DNA of 64,000 nt from Candidatus Bathyarchaeia archaeon (GTDB lineage Archaea; Thermoproteota; Bathyarchaeia; 40CM-2-53-6), in the NCBI GenBank assembly GCA_050013255.1, contig JBEKFP010000001.1, positions 1,152,001-1,216,000 on the forward strand, written 5' to 3'. The position numbers were made by a program, and so were the translations under genes. The notes below the pieces were generated by a model, which was not told where the DNA came from, ran no database searches, and worked only from the letters and a program-made list of their open reading frames with translations. Shown here piece by piece: positions 27,359 to 35,910 of the stretch. Within the stretch, counting starts at the first letter, position 1; each line of letters starts with the position of its first letter.

Positions 27359-27754
27359 TCAATATGAGCTGAGTTTCCTGTAGGCGCTCACCAGGCCTTG
27401 TTGCGGTATCTCGGAGGAAGTCTGTTCAATCTTGAGCTCGTAGGGTTCTTGTCGCAACTTGATTGTGCGGATTGCTTCGCAGATTTTGCTCACGTCTAGG
27501 CCTCTTGGGCATTGAGTTTCACATGAGAAACAAGTCGCGCAGAGCCATGGTGAATTGGCGTCAAGAACTTGCTGAAAGCCAAGCTGCAGGTACCGGACGA
27601 TTTGGTGGGGAAGCAAATCCATACGCGAGGATAACGGGCAGGTGGCTGAGCATTTCCCGCACTGGTAGCAAAGTGAAATGTTCTGGCCGCTTATCGTCTC
27701 CACCTTGCGCAGCAGTGGGCCTCCGATTGAGTCGGCCGATAGGATGCTCGCCAC
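27359..27754 (-). CDS. hdrC: heterodisulfide reductase subunit C
   Basis: CYQCGKCSATCP and WLCATCFSCETQCPRG. Confidence 0.92.
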   Translation of the reverse strand: MASILSADSIGGPLLRKVETISGQNISLCYQCGKCSATCPLSSRMDLLPHQIVRYLQLGFQQVLDANSPWLCATCFSCETQCPRGLDVSKICEAIRTIKLRQEPYELKIEQTSSEIPQQGLVSAYRKLSSY

Positions 27755-27755
27755 C

Positions 27756-29432
27756 TTATTCCCAGCCTTTTACCGCGAAAGCCTCTAGCTCAATTTTCGC
27801 TTCCTTGCTACGGTAGTCGGGTAGAATTATTGGACTGTGTCGGTCCGGCTTGTAGCCGGCCTTTGCTAGTTCCTTGTGAAAACGAATAACATGGTTGAGA
27901 GTTGGTTTACCGCCGGCTGAGGTTTTTGATTTCTTGGCGGCTTCTGTACCGGCGCGTCGGCCGAAGACCAATATGTCAAGCAGCGAATTTCCCATCAAAC
28001 GGTTTCTTCCATGTACGCCGCCAGACGCTTCACCGGCAACATACAAGTTCGGGACGTTCGTGCGGCCGTCTACGTCAATGAGTACGCCCCCGTTCTGGTA
28101 ATGCTGGGTTGGATAGACGAGAACTGGGTCCTTCATTATGTCGATCCCGAACCTTTTGAATTGGCGGACCATAGCAGGGGCGAGGCGTTGTGTTCGGCCG
28201 GGCCCTTTCAAATCGTCAATGAGCGGCGTGTCGAGCCACACACCTACGAGGCCGCCTGGGGTTAGAACGCCCTTGTTGTGTTCCTTACATTCCCTTATGA
28301 TGGCTGAAGAAACAGCATCCCTTGTTTCAAGTTCGTTGACGAATCGGTCTCCGTTTACGTTGACAAGTTGGGAGCCTAGGCTCCGCATTTTCTCAGTTAT
28401 GAGCTGCCCGGAGATTAGTTCTGGGAATGCTACGCCGGTGGGGTGGTATTGGATTGTGTCTACGAATGCTAGCTTGCAACCGGCCCTGTAAGCAAGTGCA
28501 AGTCCATCCCCTGTCGCGCCGTAGTGGTTAGTTGTTGGGAAGCCTTGGACGTGTAACCTTCCTGACCCGCCGGTTGCTATGATCGTTGTCTTTGAACGAA
28601 TGACCGTGTACTCATCGGTCTCCATGTTGAGAAGAATGGCGCCGACGCAGTTTCCCTCCTCATCGGTTAACAATTCTATTGCGGGGGAGAATTCGATGAC
28701 TTGAATGCCGAGGTTGGTTACTTCATCTCGCAGCGTGCGCATTATTTCGGCGCCCGTGTAGTCTCGGGCCGCGTGCATGCGCCTTCTGCTTGTCCCGCCT
28801 CCGTGCATCGTGACGAAAGTACCGTCAGCTTCTTTGTCGAACATCGTGCCTAGGCCTTCAAGCCATTCGATGATCGAGGGGGCGTCTGAGACAAGCGTTC
28901 GAACGAGGCTGGGTATGTTTGTGTAACCCCCGCCTCCCATAACGTCAAGGTAGTGCGTGCCCGGTGAATCGTTCGCCTTGTCAGCTGCTTGAATTCCGCC
29001 CTGCGCCATCATCGTATTAGAATCGCCGAACCTTAGCTTGGTACACAATAGCACCTGGGCACCCTCCTGGTGGGCGGCTAAGGCTGAAGCGGCTCCTGCG
29101 CCACCACCGCCTATGACTAGTACGTCAGTTTGAATGCCTACTGTCGAGATGTCAATTTTCGTGGGATTCACGCGACTGTAAGCTTCAACAACCTCACCCA
29201 GCTCGTTGACGATCGGTTCGCCTTTGTTCGCTCCGACGAGAAGTTTCCGCGCCGTGCCAGGCTTGTAGTCGGGGTGGTACTTTTCGAGTAGTGCTTTCTT
29301 CTCCTCAGGCTTGAGTTTTGGAAATGTCTGTTTCATTCGTTCTTTACGGGTGGCGGCAACTTTGTCTATCGAACGTCGCATCTCTTCGCTGTAAGTGATT
29401 ACCGTTCGCCATTGCTGAGACTGCACTGACAC
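27756..29432 (-). CDS. fumarate reductase/succinate dehydrogenase-type flavoprotein (TfrA-like)
   Basis: GGGGAG, NTMMAQGG, QYHPT, TEKMR, ELETRD, HYQNGG, HGRNRLMGNSL. Confidence 0.9.
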   Translation of the reverse strand: MSVQSQQWRTVITYSEEMRRSIDKVAATRKERMKQTFPKLKPEEKKALLEKYHPDYKPGTARKLLVGANKGEPIVNELGEVVEAYSRVNPTKIDISTVGIQTDVLVIGGGGAGAASALAAHQEGAQVLLCTKLRFGDSNTMMAQGGIQAADKANDSPGTHYLDVMGGGGYTNIPSLVRTLVSDAPSIIEWLEGLGTMFDKEADGTFVTMHGGGTSRRRMHAARDYTGAEIMRTLRDEVTNLGIQVIEFSPAIELLTDEEGNCVGAILLNMETDEYTVIRSKTTIIATGGSGRLHVQGFPTTNHYGATGDGLALAYRAGCKLAFVDTIQYHPTGVAFPELISGQLITEKMRSLGSQLVNVNGDRFVNELETRDAVSSAIIRECKEHNKGVLTPGGLVGVWLDTPLIDDLKGPGRTQRLAPAMVRQFKRFGIDIMKDPVLVYPTQHYQNGGVLIDVDGRTNVPNLYVAGEASGGVHGRNRLMGNSLLDILVFGRRAGTEAAKKSKTSAGGKPTLNHVIRFHKELAKAGYKPDRHSPIILPDYRSKEAKIELEAFAVKGWE

Positions 29433-30131
29433 CTATGCTGCCTCCTTTTCGATTTCCCTAGCGTTGTACATCTTCGCCAACTCCGCTGTGCTTAGGTGGG
29501 TGAGGTGATCGAGGTCCTCGTCGAAAAATCCACTCCTGACCTGTTGAAGCCGTTCTTGAAGGTGCTTCGACTTCGGAGCCAAGTGCGCTGCGTAGAGTCT
29601 TCTTGCGAGAATGGCAACGTAGTACTGAACTATTTCCGCCGGGCATCTTGTGGCGCAGAGGCCGCACATTATGCAGTCGAATGAAAGGTCGGCCGCCGTG
29701 CTGATGTCGCCGCGCATCACGGCCCCCATAACATCTATGACAGGCAGCTCCTGTGGGCAGGCGCGGCTACAAGTGTTGCACTGTAAGCATCTCATCACCT
29801 CAGGATAGAAACGGACAATTGAGGACAGATCTGCCGGTAGTTCCTTCAAATTGTATTTGGCTTTAGTTGCGGGATGGAACGGAAGCATCGAAAAGACCAT
29901 TCCGTCCTTGACGGGCGTTTGGCATGCGAGTCCTGTTCGCAGCCTGTAATCTCCTTGAATCCTATACACGGTTGCGCAAGCGCCGCAGAAACCACTGCGA
30001 CAACCACACCCCCTCAGTAACCGGTAACCCAGAGACTCCATGGCGGTCAGGATAGTCAGGTTTTCTGGAACGTGGTACTGCTTACCAAAGACGTAGACTG
30101 CTAAATTCGAGTTCGATTTCTCAACGTCCAT
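29433..30131 (-). CDS. SdhB/FrdB-like iron-sulfur subunit
   Basis: GCRSGFCGAC...LACQ [2Fe-2S] motif plus CLQCNTCSRACP and CIMCGLCATRCP. Confidence 0.88.
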   Translation of the reverse strand: MDVEKSNSNLAVYVFGKQYHVPENLTILTAMESLGYRLLRGCGCRSGFCGACATVYRIQGDYRLRTGLACQTPVKDGMVFSMLPFHPATKAKYNLKELPADLSSIVRFYPEVMRCLQCNTCSRACPQELPVIDVMGAVMRGDISTAADLSFDCIMCGLCATRCPAEIVQYYVAILARRLYAAHLAPKSKHLQERLQQVRSGFFDEDLDHLTHLSTAELAKMYNAREIEKEAA

Positions 30132-30536
30132 TCATTCTTCCTCTGACATAATCTTCTGATTTTTCAGTGAGCTTTCCTTATCCACTAAGAAAATGGCGAA
30201 ATCAGGGCAGATCTCTTCGCAGACGCCACATCCGACACACAATGAGCTGTCCTTGATTCGGGGCGGATGTATTCCAATCTGGTTGAGCTTCTTGCCTTGC
30301 TCGAACACCTTACGTGGACAGAACTCTATGCAGTAAGTGCATCCCTTGCATCTGTCCTCGATTAGAATAACGTCGACGTCTCGGAGCTTCAACTTCTGTT
30401 GGGGTAAGAGAGGTATCCTAGATGGTCTAGGAGGGCTCCATTCCCTCACAAATCCCGACGTAACAGTCCCCTCGGTAACCCGCTCGATTGTGCGGTCTAC
30501 CTGCTGAGCGATGTTGCTCACTGGGGGAAGCCTCAC
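30132..30536 (-). CDS. korD: 2x[4Fe-4S] ferredoxin / 2-oxoacid oxidoreductase delta subunit
   Basis: CKGCTYCIEFCP and CVGCGVCEEICPDFAI. Start is uncertain. Confidence 0.85.
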   Translation of the reverse strand: MRLPPVSNIAQQVDRTIERVTEGTVTSGFVREWSPPRPSRIPLLPQQKLKLRDVDVILIEDRCKGCTYCIEFCPRKVFEQGKKLNQIGIHPPRIKDSSLCVGCGVCEEICPDFAIFLVDKESSLKNQKIMSEEE

Positions 30537-30675
30537 TTCGACGTTCTCTCATTTTATTCTAAATATAGAGATAGTTCTTTGAGTAAATACTATGCATATT
30601 AAACGCACAAACGAAGGTACGTATTTACATAAACCCGGTTCGTCTGTAAAACACCATTTGTCATCTGGAGGCGCG

Positions 30676-31815
30676 GTGAGACCTGTGACTGTGCGAGGGC
30701 AAAGTCGCGAATTTTTCATGTCCGGAAACCAGGCCTGCGCAGAGGCGGCTATCGCCGCGGGCTGTCGATTCTACGGAGGGTATCCGATCACTCCATCTTC
30801 AGAGATAGCGGAATACATGAGCAGACGTTTGCCGCAAGTCGGAGGACACTACCTTCAGATGGAAGACGAAATCGGCAGCATCGCTGCAGTCATCGGGGCG
30901 TCGAATGCAGGCGTCAAGAGCATGACGGCAACATCAGGGCCTGGATTCTCCCTGATGATGGAGAACATAGGATTAGGCGTAATCACCGAAACCCCATGCG
31001 TTATCGTTAATGTTCAAAGAGCGGGGCCAAGCACGGGAATTCCAACACTCATTGGACAAGGCGACATGATGCAGGCTCGATGGGGATCTCACGGGGACTA
31101 CGAGATTATTGCTTATTCACCAAACAGCGTCCAAGAGATGTTCGACCTTACGATCAAAACTTTCAACATGGCGGAAAAATATCGGACCCCAACTTTCCTG
31201 ATGGCCGACCAAGTCGTAGGCCATATGACAAGTAAGCTTGTGATTCCTCCCCCAGAAGACATAGAGGTGGTGAATCGGAAGAAACTATCCAAGTCTGAGC
31301 CGAATTTCATTCCCTTCGATTTCAGCCAAGATTACTCACCCATGGCGGTGGCTGGTGAGGGCTTTCACGTGAATGTTGATAGTCTTACGCACGATGAACG
31401 CGGATATCCATCCTTGGACCACGCTGTTTCTGAGAGAATGCTGAATCATTTAATCGGGAAAATCCTGAATCACCTAGACGACATAGTAGAAGTCGAACAC
31501 TACCTGACCGATGATGCGGAAGTAGTCATTGTAGCCTACGGTGCAACGTCCAGGTCAGCGCTCCGCGTCGTCAAGGAGGCTAGACAACGAGGTAAGAAGG
31601 TTGGGCTTCTCAGGTTGATTACGCCGTGGCCTTTTCCCCAAAAGGAAATTGAAAAACTCAGCGCGAAATCCAAGAGAATGGTTGTACCAGAGATCAACTA
31701 CGGCCAAATGGAACATCTGGTTAGAGAATTCGCGGAATGCCCCGTGATAGGCGTCCACTATCCTGTTGGGGCTCTAATCCCTCCCGAGAAAATCTACTCG
31801 GCTTTGGAGGTATAG
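30676..31815 (+). CDS. korA: 2-oxoacid:ferredoxin oxidoreductase alpha subunit (KorA-like)
   Basis: GYPITPSSE, QMEDE, TATSGPG, QRAGPSTG. GTG 30676 follows GGAGG. Confidence 0.93.
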   Translation: MRPVTVRGQSREFFMSGNQACAEAAIAAGCRFYGGYPITPSSEIAEYMSRRLPQVGGHYLQMEDEIGSIAAVIGASNAGVKSMTATSGPGFSLMMENIGLGVITETPCVIVNVQRAGPSTGIPTLIGQGDMMQARWGSHGDYEIIAYSPNSVQEMFDLTIKTFNMAEKYRTPTFLMADQVVGHMTSKLVIPPPEDIEVVNRKKLSKSEPNFIPFDFSQDYSPMAVAGEGFHVNVDSLTHDERGYPSLDHAVSERMLNHLIGKILNHLDDIVEVEHYLTDDAEVVIVAYGATSRSALRVVKEARQRGKKVGLLRLITPWPFPQKEIEKLSAKSKRMVVPEINYGQMEHLVREFAECPVIGVHYPVGALIPPEKIYSALEV

Positions 31816-31819
31816 AGGA

Positions 31820-32692
31820 ATGGCTCAACTTGAGGTTCATAGCGAATTCGAAACGATGAAACTCACCAACCCTAGAGACGAAATGTTACGAGCTGACAGG
31901 TTACCACACATCTGGTGCCCAGGATGCGGCCTGGGAATTGTAACTGGCTGTCTAGTTGAGGCGATTAGAAGTTCGGGAATTCCGCAGGATCGACATGTGA
32001 TTGTTTCGGGAATTGGTTGTACAGCTAGAATTCCTGGCTACTTGAACTTGGACACCTATCACACGACCCATGGGAGAGCCATTGCGGTTGCCACGGGCAT
32101 CAAGGTTGCAAAGCCCGAACTTGAGGTAACGGTCATCGCGGGAGACGGGGACCTATTTAACATAGGTGGCAATCATCTAATACATGCAATTCGACGAAAC
32201 GTGGACCTGAATATTTTCTGTGTGAACAATTTCAATTACGGGATGACAGGCGGGCAGTTCGGCGCAACTACACCAACGGGGGCGAAGACAGCTACAACTC
32301 CTTACGGCAATTTCGAATCTTCCTTCAACATACCGTATATGGTCGCCGCAGCCGGAGCACCATTCGTGGCCAGATGGACTGCGCTACACGTAAGGCAATT
32401 GCTGAAAACGATGTTGAGAGCATTTCAAGTTCAGGGTTTAGCATTCGTGGAAATTGTCTCCCCGTGCCCTCCCACCTTTGGAAACTTGAACAACTTCGAA
32501 GATGCCCTAGCTATGATGCAATACTTCAAGACCTGCTCACGAGTGGACGATAAGGCAGACCTCAGCAAGGTCGCCCTTACAATGAAACCCCCTGACCCAA
32601 TTTTCGTAGGTAACTTCGTCGATATCAAGAAACCTACGTATCACGAAATTGAACGCGAAATGATCGAAAAGGTGGTGAGCCGGTCGAAATGA
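31820..32692 (+). CDS. korB: 2-oxoacid:ferredoxin oxidoreductase beta subunit
   Basis: WCPGCG, SGIGC, HGRA, TPP motif GDGD...NN-x-x-YGMTGGQ. Confidence 0.93.
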   Translation: MAQLEVHSEFETMKLTNPRDEMLRADRLPHIWCPGCGLGIVTGCLVEAIRSSGIPQDRHVIVSGIGCTARIPGYLNLDTYHTTHGRAIAVATGIKVAKPELEVTVIAGDGDLFNIGGNHLIHAIRRNVDLNIFCVNNFNYGMTGGQFGATTPTGAKTATTPYGNFESSFNIPYMVAAAGAPFVARWTALHVRQLLKTMLRAFQVQGLAFVEIVSPCPPTFGNLNNFEDALAMMQYFKTCSRVDDKADLSKVALTMKPPDPIFVGNFVDIKKPTYHEIEREMIEKVVSRSK

Positions 32693-33246
32693 CGCGGTGT
32701 GAGGTCCGGCTCCAAGGGCTGGGAGGTCAAGGTATAATCTCCGCTGGCCGCCTGATTGGGGAAGCTGCATCTATTCATGAACGAAAAGAGGCCGTGATGA
32801 CGGAGGATTACAGCCCATACGTAACCGGCGGCTGGTCTAGGGCAGACCTCATCATATCAGACGAACCCATCGACTACCCACTTGTCACACGCCCGAACAT
32901 CCTGGTGGCTATGTCGCAAGACGGTTTTGACGGCAACTGGAAGAGCACACAACCCGATGCCGCGATAATCGTTGATAAGGGAATGATTAACACCTGTCCA
33001 GTACAAGACCGCAAATTATTCTCAGTCCCTGCACTCAACATCGCTGAAGAACTGGGAAAACGTGTCGTCGCTAACATAGTTATTCTAGGCTTTCTGGCAG
33101 CGAAAACCCATGTCGTGAGCACCGAGTCCCTGCAAGCAGCAATTCTGGCCAGGTACCCCAAGGCAGCCGACCTGAATCGCAGAGCCTTCCAGAGGGGGGT
33201 CGAACTCGCTTCCCGCACTACGGAAGTCTTGGAGCTAATGACCTGA
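32689..33246 (+). CDS. korC: 2-oxoacid:ferredoxin oxidoreductase gamma subunit
   Basis: GLGGQG, Y-x-P-x-x-x-GG, ANIVILG, N-x-x-AF-x-x-G. Confidence 0.9.
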   Translation: MTRCEVRLQGLGGQGIISAGRLIGEAASIHERKEAVMTEDYSPYVTGGWSRADLIISDEPIDYPLVTRPNILVAMSQDGFDGNWKSTQPDAAIIVDKGMINTCPVQDRKLFSVPALNIAEELGKRVVANIVILGFLAAKTHVVSTESLQAAILARYPKAADLNRRAFQRGVELASRTTEVLELMT

Positions 33247-33526
33247 TAGATGAAGGAGGTGAGCAAGCATAGACTCTAGGCGCACTGAAGGAGTTCTCCA
33301 ATTCGAAATCCGTGAACCGGGTACTGACGCTCGGATTGGACCTGTGCGCGCCTCATCAGTCCTAAGTCGTTGTGAAAACTGCTACGAATATTGGAATCAA
33401 AAGTGTGATCAATGCTCGCGTTGCGGAACAACCAAGTTCACGCCATGCCTGCACTGCGATCTTGGCCTGAGACGTTCGCACGGACGACCGAACTAATGAT
33501 CAAAAGGAAAGTGGGGGTGGAATAGT

Positions 33527-33667
33527 TTGGCGGGAAACACGATTGGGAGATGCGCGGAATGCAAAGGCACGTACGGTGATGATGAGTGCGAGGTATGCAC
33601 GATCTGCGGGGCTGGCGCCCTTGAGGTATGTACGCATTGCCCACCTAGCCCAACGATGGGTGGTTGA
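33527..33667 (+). CDS. 46-aa Cys-rich microprotein (absent from ORF track)
   Basis: Manual translation MAGNTIGRCAECKGTYGDDECEVCTICGAGALEVCTHCPPSPTMGG. TTG start follows GGGGGTGG. Confidence 0.6.
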   Translation: MAGNTIGRCAECKGTYGDDECEVCTICGAGALEVCTHCPPSPTMGG

Positions 33668-33781
33668 TCCTTCTCGGTGAAGATGTCTGATGAGAAGAAG
33701 GTCAATAGGTAGTGTCCTGTTCATGCTGCGTTAGACATTTCTCGGGATCCGGAGGATACTTGCATCTTCTCCGAGTTGGAT

Positions 33782-34078
33782 CTACCTAAAGGATTTGAGC
33801 AGTTCCTTCAATTCCAGTTCCGCATGAGTTCGGGCCGAGGCTTTGACGCGCTCCGCTAGAGTGGAGCGATTCAGAAGATCAAGCATGTCACCTTGAGAGT
33901 AAGCATGCCAGTCGCTGACCCTCAGCTGATACATGCATGGGTCGCCGCGAACCGATGAAGGATATGTTCGGAAAGTGAATATTTTCAGCTCCATCCGTGA
34001 GACAACGTATGTTAGGACCTCGCCCGCAAGTATGACGCCGCCGCCTGATTCGCCTGCTAGCCGAATCGCCAAGTCCAA
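33782..34078 (-). pseudogene. N-terminal fragment of a fused gamma-alpha 2-oxoacid oxidoreductase subunit
   Basis: IRLAGESGGGVILAG...YPSSVRG...QLRVSD. Similarity ends after about 70 aa. Confidence 0.7.
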
Positions 34079-34161
34079 TCTGTATCATCGTGGGCGAGCA
34101 TGGATTCCAAAGGTCTTAGGCTCACTGCTGGTACTCGGGACTGAATTTCCGTCGACCAACG

Positions 34162-34797
34162 CTACCGTTTCTTAACGAACAGAACCGACGGGCTTAACCC
34201 TATTCTCGTACCAATGTCGTCGAGAATTTTCTGGAATTTAACGTGGGAGAGCCCGAGTCCTTTGCGCCCCTTTGGTGGGTAGGGGTCGTTGAAAATGACA
34301 TACTCTTCATCAGCGTCGGTTACGACGATCCAGTGTGGGATGTTGAGCGAGTGTATGACCCCCATATGCACAAGGGCTATAGGAACTTGATTCCCACGAA
34401 CTCCTCGCAAGATGTCCGCAACGACGGGCCGTTTGTACGTGACCGGCAATTTCCTCCTGATGGCTCTCTGCCGGTTTTCCTTCATACCGAATATACTGAG
34501 TTCGATCTCTTCGGAGGAGAAAGTCCTGAGCAGCCTCCGTCTCCACGCATCGTGTTCAACAGTTCTACTGCGCTGCGTTATCAGCCGCACGTCGTAGCCT
34601 GAGTCAATTAAAGGGACACAGAGTCCGAACGGGTCAGCACCCTTTATGCCAATCATGTTGCATTGGCGCCACACCTCAAATTCAAGCTCGCGGCCGATTT
34701 CAAGGTCCCGGTCGAAATGTTTCATTACCATTAACACGCAGGCGGGGCCGCAAGTGAATTCCGAGCTCTGCGCATAGTAAGGCACGTTGAACTTCAT
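34162..34797 (-). CDS. peptidase C39-like family protein
   Basis: PYYAQ-x-x-EFTCGPAC, PHWIVV, NDP. Confidence 0.9.
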   Translation of the reverse strand: MKFNVPYYAQSSEFTCGPACVLMVMKHFDRDLEIGRELEFEVWRQCNMIGIKGADPFGLCVPLIDSGYDVRLITQRSRTVEHDAWRRRLLRTFSSEEIELSIFGMKENRQRAIRRKLPVTYKRPVVADILRGVRGNQVPIALVHMGVIHSLNIPHWIVVTDADEEYVIFNDPYPPKGRKGLGLSHVKFQKILDDIGTRIGLSPSVLFVKKR

Positions 34798-34845
34798 GTT
34801 TCTATCTCTAGAGGATGCGAATCTTCCAAGTCATCGACTATATCT

Positions 34846-35838
34846 TTAACGCCTGAAATGTTCCCAGCCCTTCATCGCTACTTTCACATCTCCCCCGGCC
34901 AGCCGTAAACGTACTCCAGCAGATTTCCTTGTTACGACACCGATCGCCTTCAATTTTCCGCGGGCAGCCTTCTGTGCAAGCCTGAACTTCTCAGGTTTCA
35001 CTGTGACCACAAGGCAATACTCCTCTCCACCGTAGAGGGCGAGGTCTCTCGCCCCGTAGCGATGACGAGCCGCAAACTGCTCCGCAGCCTTGCTGACGGG
35101 AACATGATCGATCCTTATTCCGACGCCGCTAGCTCTCGACAACTCGTGAAGGCTCCAAGCCAATCCATCACTTGAATCGATAGAAGCAGTCAGGGCTCCT
35201 GAGGAGCCTAACCTAAGCCCGAGGTCTAGTTCGGCGCGAGGGTTGTAAACAGCTTGATACATCGGGCGCGGTAATTTAGCGGGTCGAGTCCCGTGCTGGA
35301 GCAGTGCCTTCAGCCCCGCCGAGGCAGACCCAAATTCGCCGCTAACCGCAACGACATCGCCAATTCGTGCACCGGAACGAAGAATAAGCTGTTCTTTGCG
35401 GGCGATCGCGAATAGGGCTATCGATATTGTCAGGTCATTTGATTCATTGGTGTCCCCACCCACGAGTGGGAACTGGTACTGGATCGCAGCCGAACTTAGT
35501 CCGGCAGCTATTTCTTGAACATCTTTCCTTCTCAGAGTAGCTGGCAGACCGAGCGCAACGAGCCCCGCCAGAGGCCGGACCCCTTTGGCTGCGAGGTCGC
35601 TAACGTTTGCCACAACCGCTTTGCGAGCTACCTGGCGCATTGTCATACCCGGCGGGATATCGGTGCTGCCGACGAGCATGTCTGTTTTCAGAATCGCAAC
35701 TTTTCCGTCTGCCAGTTTCACTGCGGAAACATCATCCCCGAAACCGACAACGGTATTACGATTGGTGCCGAGTGAACGTTCCATGATGCGAATTATGCGT
35801 AGTTCACCCAGCTGTCTAAGTGAAGTCAACTCTCCCAT
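34846..35838 (-). CDS. thiL: thiamine-monophosphate kinase
   Basis: GDD, NVSDLAAKG, GGDT, DSSDGL, GGEEY, GWEHF. Confidence 0.95.
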   Translation of the reverse strand: MGELTSLRQLGELRIIRIMERSLGTNRNTVVGFGDDVSAVKLADGKVAILKTDMLVGSTDIPPGMTMRQVARKAVVANVSDLAAKGVRPLAGLVALGLPATLRRKDVQEIAAGLSSAAIQYQFPLVGGDTNESNDLTISIALFAIARKEQLILRSGARIGDVVAVSGEFGSASAGLKALLQHGTRPAKLPRPMYQAVYNPRAELDLGLRLGSSGALTASIDSSDGLAWSLHELSRASGVGIRIDHVPVSKAAEQFAARHRYGARDLALYGGEEYCLVVTVKPEKFRLAQKAARGKLKAIGVVTRKSAGVRLRLAGGDVKVAMKGWEHFRR

Positions 35839-35910
35839 GCCACCGCTTTCCACGTGTCTCTCTTACACTACGCATATTTTGAATAGTTCGATTGGCCTCA
35901 GCCAGACGGG

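Noticed and set aside
21653-27754. Evidence for methanogenesis or selenoproteins
   Set aside because: Mvh/Hdr, FmdE and FrhB occur widely in non-methanogens, and no mcr or mtr genes are in the window. The usual Sec positions in MvhA, MvhD and HdrA are Cys.
33438-33724. Three short minus-strand ORFs in the track
   Set aside because: They have no motifs. The plus-strand Cys-rich ORF with an RBS explains the region better.
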